64,000 nt of DNA from Camelus dromedarius. Its lineage: Eukaryota. Below, one piece after another: positions 23,501-35,500 of the stretch. Position 1 is the stretch's first letter. Each line of letters starts with the position of its first letter. The stretch is from the NCBI RefSeq assembly GCF_036321535.1, contig NC_087437.1:5208001-5272000 (forward strand). Direction: 5' to 3'. Position numbers and translations under genes: made by a program. Under the pieces are notes generated by a model. The model worked only from the letters and a program-made list of their open reading frames with translations, searched no databases and was not told the DNA's origin.

Positions 23501-26500
23501 TAGAGAGTTTGATCGTAAACTTGACAGAGGAACCCACAGGGTCCTGCATGATTTCACCAGCAGACACTGCTTTGAGAATGGCTTGTGGTGTCCTGAGTCT
23601 AACACAGCTCAGAAAACTCAAGTTCTCAACAATACAGAAACATGTCAGAAACCACACCCACAGTGGCCACTTAGGTTTACCTCAGAGGTCTGAACCACAG
23701 CTACTCCATTTCTGACTTTCAAGTGCATGCCCCTTCTCAAGGCCAAAGCAGGTGTACAATGCCTGTCCAAAAGGCCATAAAGCAGGCCACTTTGGTCAGT
23801 AAAGTTTACGTCAAACCATGCATAAGCCAGCATGACTGCCCCATACCTCAACATGTGCAAGTTTCCCCATCATTTCTCCTTTTGATTGCAAATCTTTCAG
23901 TAGAAAGCATTGGTGAGCAAAATATTCATCCCTCGAAGCTGAGGTGGCAGCTCCTGCTCCAGGTCCAGATCATGTCCCTCGGTGCCAGGCCTCCTTTATA
24001 CTTACCTAGTTATCCACGTTGGGGGAAAATTCATCAGATACTGTGAACAGGCTAAGAGAGAGGAATGTTAACAGAGAAATACTTCATAGGCCATGCATTT
24101 TACCACTTACACACAGTTGTCACACAAGCATTGTACATGTGCTCTTAGCAATAGACTTTTAATAAAAGGCAAGAAGTTTACACATCACGAGTAGTTACCC
24201 TCTGTGACAACTCTGTAGAGAGTTCTCTTTCTTTCCTAAACATTGGGGGCAACAGTGTGGTTGAAAGTAAAACAGTAACTTTCAATGTTGATAGAGAGAC
24301 AGACATTTGGTAAACAGTTGAATTAGATTATGATAGGTCTTACAGGCCTGGTCCAGACTCCTGGGCCAGCTGTCCACCACTGTTGTCTTTTCCTTCTGAT
24401 GCTGCTGTAAATGTCATTTGGGGGCAGCAGTCCCTTCTGTAGGCCAGTCCAATGCAGAGGCCCTTCTCAAGTGGGAAATTTGAATCCAAGAGTCCGTTTC
24501 ATTCAGTTTCATTGCACATGGGCTAGTTAAGAATATCTGATAAAGGTCCTTTTATCTAGGTTGGAGGCAGCGCTTTAAGTGATGCTCCTTCTAGTATGTA
24601 TAATTCCCTGACTGCGGGTCATGGGGCGTCTGATTTTCATCGAAACGTAGACTGCTGTGATAAGCTTCAGAAACAAAGTCAGAGTTCTAGACTTTACAGT
24701 GAGTAACAAAACAACAAAGAGCCATCTGGAGAGTGAGTCTTAGGCAGCAAATAGTGACCTCAATTAACAAAACTAGAATTTAACTTCCATTAAAATATAG
24801 CCCTTTTTTTTCTAAAATTACCCTCATTTTCCCCAAAATAGGTAAATTAAAATTAGTTTGTTTGCAAAATGAGTGTGGTTAATTGATTATTTAGGTTATT
24901 TTATGGCTATGCTGGAACCTTTCATAAGGAATCTCAGACAAATTTTAAAAGGCCTTTAGGAGGGAGAGGGTATAGCTCAGTGGCAGAGCACATGCTTAGC
25001 ATGCACAAGGTTCAGGGTTCAATCCCCCGCACATCCATTTAAAAAAAAAAATTAAAAAGGGCCTTGAGGAGAGCCACACGAAAGGCTGGTCACAGATTTC
25101 ATCCTACAAATTTGGATGAGTTCCTCCTTTTTTGAGGTTCCCAAAATACATTGAGATTTTTGCAGTTGTCAAGAGGCGGCCTTTCGTATTTACTGATACA
25201 GCTGCTTGGAACCTAGGAGTGTCCAACTTCTAGAGGGATCAGATAGAAAAATGCTTCAATTCTACCTAACAAAGCATAATATACCAAGTTATTATAAATC
25301 ATAATTAGCTTAAGGGGAAAAGTTTCCTCATATCTGGAAAACAGATTAAAAGCCACTAATATTTCACATAAAAAATTATAGCCGTATTTATAAATTTACT
25401 CAATCCTATGTAATTAATCCTTTTTGCTAAGTTTTATGAAATCAGAGTTTCTATTAGACTTTTTAAAAATTTCTAACCCAGTTTAGCAGTGTAATTTAAA
25501 AGAAACGTGTACTTGTCAAAAAGTCTGTGAATCTTCTTGAAAATGAAGCAGTTTTGCAGAGCATAGCTTAACTGTCCATGAATGAATGACAAAGGGCTTA
25601 AAAAGACAAGGTTAGAAATCGGATTATAATGTTTTTGACAAAGAATCTTAACGAAGTTGTGACATACAGTATTTTAACATAACAACTAAAATTAAGACTG
25701 ACGACATACTAGGACATATCCAAACTTCAGAAACTTACACAATTTTTAGAATATTTATATTAATAGCATTCATCTGTACCATACAATCTGAGGAGGCTTA
25801 TTCATTTGATAATACTTTCCATGTAATTTAACTTACCAAACAATCCTAGTTAGTTTCGTATTTCTCTCTGAGATGCCTTAGGGGCCCTCTGAAGCATTTT
25901 TAAGTTAGCTGGAGGTGAAGAGAACTTTAATTAAAACTTGATAGTAAGTTTGTCAGAAATATCAGAAAGCTTCAAAACACTTAGTCAGATAGGATCATAG
26001 GTCACTGAAACAATACTTACTCACTTAACCAGAAAGATTTCAAACGTACTTACAGTTCACTTAAAGACATGGAAACTCACATAGTCTGTTAGCAAAAGCA
26101 GTGCTCCCTTCCCTTTCATTATTTTAAATATATCATGCCACTCCCTTCTGGCCTGTAGATTTTCTGCTGAAAAATCAGCTGATAACCTTACAGGGGCTCC
26201 CTTGTATGTTATTTGTTGCTTTTCTCCTTCTAATTTTAATAATTTCTCCTTATCTTTAGTTTTTGTTAATTTGATTGCTATATGCCTTGGTGTGTTCCTC
26301 TTTCGGTTGATCCTGTGTGGGACTCTGCGCTTCCTGGACTTGGGTGATTGTTTCCTTTCCTAAGTTAGGAAAGTTTTCAGTTATTATCTCTTTAAAAATT
26401 TTCTCAGGTCCTTTCTCTCTCTTTTCTCTTTTTGGGACCCCTATAATGCAAATATTAGTGCACTTCACATTGTCCCAGAGTTCTCTTAAACTATCCTCAT

Positions 26501-29500
26501 TTCTTTTCATTCTTTTTTCTTTTCTCTGTTCTACAGTAGTGATTTTCACTAATCTGTCTTCTAGCTCATTGACCCATTCTTCTGCCTCATTTAGTCTATT
26601 ATTGGTTCCTTCTGGTTTGTTATTCATTTCAGTGATTTTATTCTTCAACTCTGTTTGAGTATTCTTTATATTTTCCAACTCTGCTAAAAACTTCACTCTG
26701 TGCATCTATAATCCCCTTGTGTTCTCTGAACATCTTCGTCATTACTTTAAACTCTTTCTCAGAAAAATGGGCTATCTCCTCATCACTTATTTCTTTTTCT
26801 GGGATTTTATCTTGTGCCTTGGCCTGGGAGATATTCCTCTGCCGCCTCATATTGTCTATCTTTCTATTTGTATTTTTAGGTAGGTTAGTTGTGTGTCTCG
26901 ATCTTGGAGAAGTGGCTGTCTGTGGAAGACATCCTGTGTGTCCCAGCAGTACTCTCCTCTCGTCACCCAAGGGCTAGAGTCCAGCTGGTCCTAATGTGGA
27001 GTCTGGCCTGTGTTTGTGGATTCCTCCACAGCCTTTGGGATTGTTGTTTTCTTATTTCTGGTATCTTCCCCTGGTGGATGAGGCTGGAGTAGAGGCTTAT
27101 GCATGTTTGCTGGCAGGAGGAGCTGGTGCCTGCCCACTGCTGGGTGAAGCTTGGTCCTGGCCCTCTGGTGGGTAGGGCCGTCACCATCCCCCACTGTGTG
27201 CAGGCTAGTTGACTGACTTCTTGTCATCTTTCCTTAGACTCCGTCTTGTTCACATAGTCTGTTCTCGTGGTTTCTGAAGGGGAAGCTGGGAAAGAGACCT
27301 GGTCATGTTTTAATTACTCATTCATCATTTGATCCAGGAAAGAGCCACCAGGTTAAGCAAGGTGTTGTGTGATCAAGGTTTGAAAGGTGTGTTTGGGCCA
27401 GAGGTGACTGGAGCATGGGGGCACCTGGTTTAAGGTTAGTGACCAGACAAAAGGGGCCTCCTGCAGAGAGCTCTTTCCTGCCTAAAGCAGCTTCCAGTTG
27501 AACAGTTGGGAATTTAATTGCCCATAAGTCAGAATTCCAGGATGATACCAGCCATGATGTTACCTTGGCAGGGATTTTCCATTTGCAGCCCTTCTCCTCT
27601 TCTGTTTCTCATTTCCACGCTCCACCACAGGGAGTGAGAGCTGGGAGCTGTGGGGTGCTGGATAGAGCTGGGTAGTGTATGGGGCCACAACCTCCACAGT
27701 GTCAGGTCGTCAGGGGCCACCCGGCTCCCTCCGAGGGCGGCTCCCAGCTGTAAAGCAGGAGTTCAGTGTGGACCTGTCGGAATGACCGGCACCTCGGGTC
27801 AGGCCACAGCAGCCCTGGACCACCCTCGTAGTCTCATCCGGCCCTTCTGCCTTTATTTTGCACAGCGGGTATGTGTCACCCAGCTCCCCACGTGGCATTT
27901 GCTCTTCTGTTGCAGCCCAAGGATAGGGTGGCATGTGCCTGTTACTCCAGAGGGAGCAGAGCCAGGCCCGAGGGAAGCTCCAGGTCTCCCGATTCCTAGG
28001 CCAGAGGACCCTGCACCCTTCTGGAGCGGGTCGAGAACAGAGCCACCACCCACCCAGAAATGTCCTTTCCTCCTTCAGCCTGGGGTTCCCTCTGGAGAAG
28101 TTACTGAATGCCACTTGTGATGTGAATGCCTCTTAGATGGGGCTGCAAGTGTAACCTGTCTGGAGTCCTGCTGATGCTGGGAACGAGCTCTGAATTGAAT
28201 GACATTTGACTGTTTGTGTTCAAGTCCACATATCTTTTTCTTAAACGTCAAGAGTATGCAGCCTGGGTAACCTTAGAAATGTCAAGGCGATAAGAATAGA
28301 AATATTGTAACGTGGTAAGGACCATTCCTGCAAGACTGAGATGTCACTCAGGGAGTCACTCCGTGCTTGGCCCCTGTAGAGGGCTGGCCTGCTGAGCAGG
28401 ACATACTCTGTTCATCAATTTGATGGGAGAGCTTGGTAACGAAAGACATTTTAAAATTATGGATTCTCACGCATTCCTTTGGAAATATGCCACACACTAG
28501 GCTGGGTCCTGGGGCTGCAGTGTTGAGAACTGATATGAGCCCTGATCTCAGGTGCTCATGGGACTCTGGTCAGAAGAAGCTGATTCTGTGCACCTGATTG
28601 ATTTTGGAAACACTATTAGTTCTTTTTCAGTTGTACTAGTTTGCTTCTTTTAGAAGCCTGTGCTTTGTCCTGCAGATGCCTTGTGTGCATCGTGGCCTTT
28701 TGTTTATGAAGCACTCAATTAAGCAGTAGTTGTTACTTGATTCTCACAACCACCCTAGGAGGGGTGTATAGGGATCCTTATCCCCACTGTACAGACAAGG
28801 AAGTGAAGACTCCGGAGATTCAGATCGGATGGCCCTCTGTTTGCCTGGGGCATTCCTGGCTTATGCTGCTATTCTGGTGTAACTGTCAGCGGCACCCCCT
28901 TCACTCTCACGGGTGTCCTGTTTTAGATGATAAATTACATCGTCAGCCTAAGTTTAAAGGGCTTGTTCAAGTAAATGGAGGACTCAGCCCTTGAACTCAG
29001 ATCTTTGATATCAAATTGGTTTTTCACTCTATGACAGCAAAAGAACATGACATGATTTAGACACGGTTTCATTGAGCAACACAGTGAAGGAAGGTAAATG
29101 TCACACAGCCTTATCTCTGTTCCAAGTCAAAACTATTCTTGAGTGTTACTGGGCATAACAAAGTGGGGAGTCACAGCTGACACAGTGATGTCCGTGGCTG
29201 GGTTCCTGGGGCAGAGACCTTCAGGGATCTTATGGGTCCCAGAGCTGATGGCTGAGTGCAGGGAGCCTGCCTGGCTTTCGATTTTGCTGAGGCTTGGGTG
29301 TGATTGAAGTGGGCCGCTTGGCTGGAGAACTGGGTCGTGTTTGAGGTTTAGCTCGTACACTTCTCTGCTCTTCGTCACCTATATACTTTGGGAAGATCAT
29401 ACGCTGGAATGGCTTTCAACTTGGGCATTGAGGGGCATGTTTTTAATATGGAATGTTTGCCAACAGTTGAACGCCTGATTTGCTTTGACCATCCAGAGTC

Positions 29501-32500
29501 TGATGGTCAGAGCGCCTTTTAAAGATTGTCCAGCCTGGGGTGAGCAGTACTTGGCATCCTAGCCTCACCGCACTGTCAGCTCCGACAGAGGGAGAGTGGT
29601 GGGGAGAGACCCCCTAGAGGAGGCGGTGGGGCTGGCAGGGGCCCTGGGCCCAGCCTCCTGGAGAACTCCCGGGGAGGTGCAGTCTGAAGGCCCTGGCAGC
29701 TGGCCTCCAGCTCCCTGCTGTGAAGGAGGCCCCCAGAGAGGGAGGCCCTGTGGCCACAGTACCTAGCACAGTGGTGACATAACACAGACGCTCGGTGCAG
29801 GGTGCACGTTTCATTGAGTAGAATAAACAAATGCTAATCCCACTATGGACAAAGAATGTCCCCTGCCATTTCAGTAAACAAAGGGTGTTGGAGCCATCAA
29901 GCCCTCAGCCACTGCAGCTGCCCCTCATGGTGCCCCCTGCGGGGACTCAGGATGGAGAAGAACAGAGACTGGCCCTGGATGGTTGAGGTGCACATCAAAG
30001 GAGTGATTTCAGTGAGCCCGGACTCTTGCAGCTTCCCATACCTAGAAAAGCGCTAAATTCATTAACTCGAAATGTCTGGTTTTTCTTTAATTAGCAGTCA
30101 CCTTTTGATGTTTGACTACTTGGGTTTTTCTTTTTTGCAAAAACTCCTACATACCCTGGCTCCCCTCCACCTCTTTGGAGCAGTCCCTCAGAGCTCTCTG
30201 AGAGGCTGTCGTCCCAGGCTGTAGTAAGCCCACCGAATAAAATGTCATTCTCCTTTTAGATTGTGCTTTTTTTTTAATCAGTTGACACCACTTCCGTGGC
30301 TGATGACGTGTGCGGCCTAAGAGCTGTGGAAAATGAGAACTTGTCTCTCTTGATGCTGCTTAACTATGCCCAGAACTTAACTTGTTAGCGTCTAAAATGT
30401 ACAGTGTCAGTGCTTTTCACTGACACCCTTTTGTTCAGTAAATTAAGAGGCTAGGCTCCTTTCCATTTTTCACTTAGGGGTTCCAATCAAATGAAGCGGG
30501 TTTTACCTTAAACCCAGCAGACACGTGTTGAGCACCTGTGGTGGCCTAGCCCCGCCTGGGTGTAGGGAAAGCAGCATGCAGGAGGCAGGTAGAGCCCCTG
30601 CCACGCGTGGAGCTTCGTTCTGGGGCAGGTTGACCAGAGACTGTCAGACGATCTGCGCTCTGAAGGACATAAAACAGGGTCATGGGGACTATTGCCAATC
30701 GTCAAGTAAGATTTGAGCTGAGACTTGAATGAGGAGAGAAGCCAGCAAGCCACATGCACCTCATTCCTGGCAGAGGGGCTGTCAGGAGCCCTGGCTTTGG
30801 GGCAGGATGGAGCTTGGCATGTTCAGTGGAAGGTGATAGGGTGAGAGGTAGGCAGGGCCCAGGTTGTAGAAACCACTGCGGGCGTGGATGAGGAGTTGGG
30901 GCTCTGTCCTAAGGGTGATGGAAGGTTTAAAGCAGGGAAATGACATGTGATGTACATTTTTTTTCTAATTTATTTTTAAATTTTTGTTATTGGAGGTACT
31001 GGGGATGGAACCTAGGACCTCATGCTCAGCACACCCTCTACCACTGAGCTATCCCCTGCCCTTGTGATGTACATTTATTTTATATGGGTCATCTCTGCTC
31101 GGTAGAGCACTGGGCTTTTATTGTGCTTTGACACCAAGTTGGAGGCTACTAACTCAGTCCTAGGATAGGTGATGGGGACTTAGAGCAGGTGAGGAGGGGA
31201 AGCAGATCTGAGACAGAGGCGAGGCTGGTGGGATTCACCAATGGGGTGGAGGTTCACAGCCAGTGGGAGAAGGATAGGAAACCATGACTTCTAGCTTGGG
31301 GGTTTGAATAATCTAGGTAGATGATGATGGTAGCGCATATTTGCTAAAATGGAGAAGAACCAGTTTGAAGGAAGGGAGCAAAGCTCAGTTTCAGAATAAT
31401 GTGGGGGTGGGAGGTGAATAGAGTTACAGATGAGAGTTTTATCAACTCACGTCACTGCTGAATCTGGGTCGTGGGTTTGTGAAGATTCTTGTTATCCTGT
31501 TTTTACTAGCTTTGTGTGTGTGTGAAGTTTTCCATAATAAAAAAGAAGAAACTTTGAGAGATGAAAGAGTTCTGTGTTGGACGTGTTGTTTGAAGTGGAA
31601 ATTGAAATCGGCAGTGGAATGTATGAGATTGGAGTTCACGGCTGGGGATGCAATGCTTACGCCGTGAGGGGTTGGGGGAGGAGGCCTGGGGCTCAGCCGG
31701 GGTGGGGGGTCAGCTTGGAGAGGTCAAGCAGAAGAGGCAGGGCCGGCAGGGGAGAGTGAGTGGCTGCGGGGCAGGAGGGCAGTCAGCTGGTGTAGGTGAT
31801 GCAGGCGGACAAGTGCTTTAAGGGGGGAGCAGCTGAATTCTTCCGAGAGGCGTCATCGGATGAGCACAATGGATAGTGGGTGACCAGAACGACCGATCTT
31901 AGTATATTGCCAAGAGTGAACATGGCTGGACTGCATTGGAGAGAGAGTGGGAAATAAGAAAGTGGACCCAGACTGTAATTCTTAAGCTTTTTCTATGGCT
32001 GGGAGCAGAAGAACAGGGTGGCAGCTGGCTTAAGGCAGTGGCTTGTTTGATTTTTGCATTTTGAAAAGCAGCAGAGCACCGTGGTCAAGTGCCTGGATTT
32101 GACACCCACCTTTTAGGGCTGTGATGAATTAATGGCTCTGTAGTGCCAGGTCCACGGGGAGCACTGCGTACAGCGTCTGCTGCCACTGTCCCTCCACAGG
32201 GAGGCGCTTGCTGTGGTCTCATGGAGACAGGAGAACAGGGGATGCCAGGGAGAGGACGGTTGCAGGAACGAAGGCGCGAAAGGGTCAGGCAGAGACTCAG
32301 CCAGGTGGACAGGTTAGTGTTTGAGGGGAGCAGGGAGAGCCCTTTGTCACGCCGGGAGACATTGTGCAGTTGACAGAACTGTGTGGCCCCCCTTGTCAGT
32401 AAATCAGTTCGTAAAACCATTTTCTTTTCATCAGACTCCGACCTGTCAGTCTGGCAGTCCGCCACAGTTTAAACCACGTCTCTGGGCCTTGGTGTCCTGG

Positions 32501-35500
32501 TGTGTAGGATGACAACCTCTTCTTGATAGTGACTAAATTTTCCTTCAACTATGAAATTCTCTGTGCCTGTTTTTGTTTTCACGTTGTCCCTGAACCTGAC
32601 TTGGTTCATATTTTTAAGCCAGCAAACGAATGAATGGGAGTGAACAGAGGAAGCCAGCCAGGTTTCCCACAGAAAGGCCTGTTTCCTGGACAGAGACTTT
32701 TGCAGCAGCAACATCAAAATACCCTCCATAAACCCAGCTTTTTCAGTCAGTCTGATGGCATTTCCTTTTAGATGCTGACTCCGTCAAAGTGTTAGAAATG
32801 TGTGCTAGTCAAAGCTGGCAGATGTATTGTTATTTTATTGAACAGTAGAAGAGTCTAAATGTTATTTTATGGAAAACTTCATTTCCTGCCATGTGTTTTG
32901 ACTTAGGACGTGGCTAGTTGAGGTTTCAGTTGCGAAATCTTTTGATCCATTAAGTATGAGAACAAGTACAAATGTTAAAACATACAGTTTCTCCATCATG
33001 TTTTGCTTAGTCAACACAAGTAAAGAAGGAATGGCATATAACCAGAGCCACGATTACAGTTCTAAACTATATGAAACTAGCTTCAGAATAAAATAAGGAT
33101 ATGGCCTTCAAAAAGATTTCACTAATGTTTTTAATCCACGTTGCCAGACATCTTTACATAGTGTGCAGTGTTTATATTAATAAAATAAAGTGTTAAGAGG
33201 GAGGCATGTCTTTAAAAACAATGAATTGTGCAGGGCATTTTGTGTGACCAGTTTTGCCCAGAGTATTACTCGGACTGTAGCAGCAGGTGTATTGCTGTCT
33301 GTATTAATACCAGTTGGCATGAGGCATCTGGGGACACTTTTGGTCATAGAAGCTATCTGAACGAGAACATGACTTTTTCAATGGAAAGTGTAACTCCTTT
33401 TCCCTTCTTCATTGAATTTTGTATTTGGACATTGGCACATGATTGGCGATTGCATTTTACGTGGTCTAGCATTTGACTACGAAACATTTTCACACGTTTC
33501 AGCTGAAATTCTGCGGGCCTCTCCCCCTTCCCCCACTGATTGGGAATTTCAGTTTCCCCGCTACTAGGTGACTCTGGGATGTGTTTAAAGCTTATACAAG
33601 TCTAATTTTTAAAAAATCTGACCGGTAAACTGTTACAAATGAAATAATCTAGCTCATGGCTGTGTTTTTGCGGATGATTATATTGAAAGAAAATAACGTC
33701 TCTTGATAAAAACAAATGTTTCCTTTTTTTGTAAACCTAAGAAAATGAAAGTAATAGTAATAATATACTGGGCAGTCCTCTGATGACCCTCATTCCTTGT
33801 CGTTGTAATAATATATTTACAACAGAGTGTGTGGCAGAGAAAAGAAGATCCCTCTTGTACTGAGGGAGTCCCTGCCTTCCCTGACGTCTTCCACAGTTTT
33901 GAACGTCTAGATCTTCTGTAGTCGTCCCCCACCGCCTTTTTTTTTTTTTAAACAACAACAACAACAGCAGCAACAAGCTCCTGAATTTCTACTTGCAGAT
34001 ATTTACTGAATCTTCTTATGTGTCCGGCCCTGTGCTTGGTGTTGGGAGTTGATCTAGATGTAAACTCTATCCAGTGCCTGACATCAAGATGTCTGTGGTC
34101 TGCTTGTGGAAAAGATACATTCAGGAGTGTTTTAATTTACACTGAATGTGCAAAGTCTGATAAGACAGGCAGAAACTTTTTATTGGCAGAGTCGAGGGGG
34201 CAGAGAGAAGGGGGGTGGTACTCAGGTCTTGGTGGTACTGGGCAGGGCCTGGAGGCCTGGGGAGGAGGCCGACCGGCAGGACTGAGAGCACACAGGTGCC
34301 CACGCCCAGTGACCCAGGCAGGGGGGTTGCGAGGTCAGTGAGTGTCAGGTGTCTTTGAGGATCAGTTCAGCTGGTCAACTAGGAGGAGCTCAAACTGGGG
34401 CACATCACAATGGCCTTTCAGCATTTCATTTGTAGTGGAGTGTTAGAGTCCTTGGGGGTTTCTCCGCAGGAGGAACTCTGTAAGGTCAGGACGTTAGGAA
34501 TATTCACCTGTTGGCTGTTTTGAGAGAGAGATAGGAAGGAGGCAGAAATTCAAGCGGAAAGAACCAAATTCCTGGCTTAGGATGGTGATGGGTGGGCATG
34601 GGGAGGAAAGGCGTGAGCTGAATTCATAGAAGTTGCCCGTGTTGGGGACAGAATGCCGGGAAGAGCCAAAGACTGTGTGTGCGTGCACCAGGTGAACGTG
34701 GATTTGACTTACTGACGCCAGGGTGGGTCCAGATTTGAAACTCTGGTCGTGGAAAGAGCCGATCTGGGGGCCTGTGATGGCGGGAGTGGCCTTCTCCACC
34801 TCTGCGCCTCCAGTGCCAGGCTCCAGGCTCAGGAGGTGTTCGCGGCAGGGATGGACGTGCTGGGTTTAGTTATTCACATACATGAGTTTACCCTGGGACA
34901 GGACTCGTGGGTGATTAAGGGCCAAGCAGACGTGGGTGTGGATCCTGACTCGGCCATTCCTGAGTGACCTTGAGCAAGTTACTGAATCCTTCAGTTCCCT
35001 CATCTGCAGAATGGAGGATGGTAACACTGTCTCTTGGGATAGAATGTGGTTATTCATTTTGGCTGAATGAATTATTGCCCATAACTGAGATCAAAGCTCC
35101 TGATTCCTTGGCTGTTGTCACAGGGGAGTGTGGCTGTGGCCCATGATGGGCAGAAAAGTAACAAGTTGGGGTGGAGGGTTAGCAGCTTTGGGGATGCTGG
35201 AGGGCCACGCCTGGAGGTGGGAGAGGCAGCAGACCTGAGGCAGTGGAAAGGAAGCTCTCGTTGAGGAGATGGGAAGGGGAGTGGAAAAGGAGGAGGAGGA
35301 CCAGGTCAGAGAGGCAGGAGGGGACCGGGACAGGGTCAGCTGTCCAGGCAAGGGGATGCTTCAGGATGGAAAGGAAGCGAGAAGCATCAGATTCAGGGCG
35401 ATCAGGGATTGTGAGGACTGAGACTGGACATAGAGTTTGCTTGTTGGGGAAGATGCCCACCAGCCTTGGAGGAGGTCACAGGAGAGCAGGAGCCAGTTTC

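Larger units (their letters stand above)
22391..27496 (-). mobile_element. Degenerate ERV1-class (MER4-group-like) provirus A, antisense in OXNAD1 intron
   Basis: 3' LTR 22391-23423 (tgttaccgaa...ggttcca) with PPT 23424-23438; partial 5' LTR 27180-27496 matching about 22620-22925; integrase C-terminal remnant 24459-24632; possible TSD attg/gttg. Confidence 0.8.
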
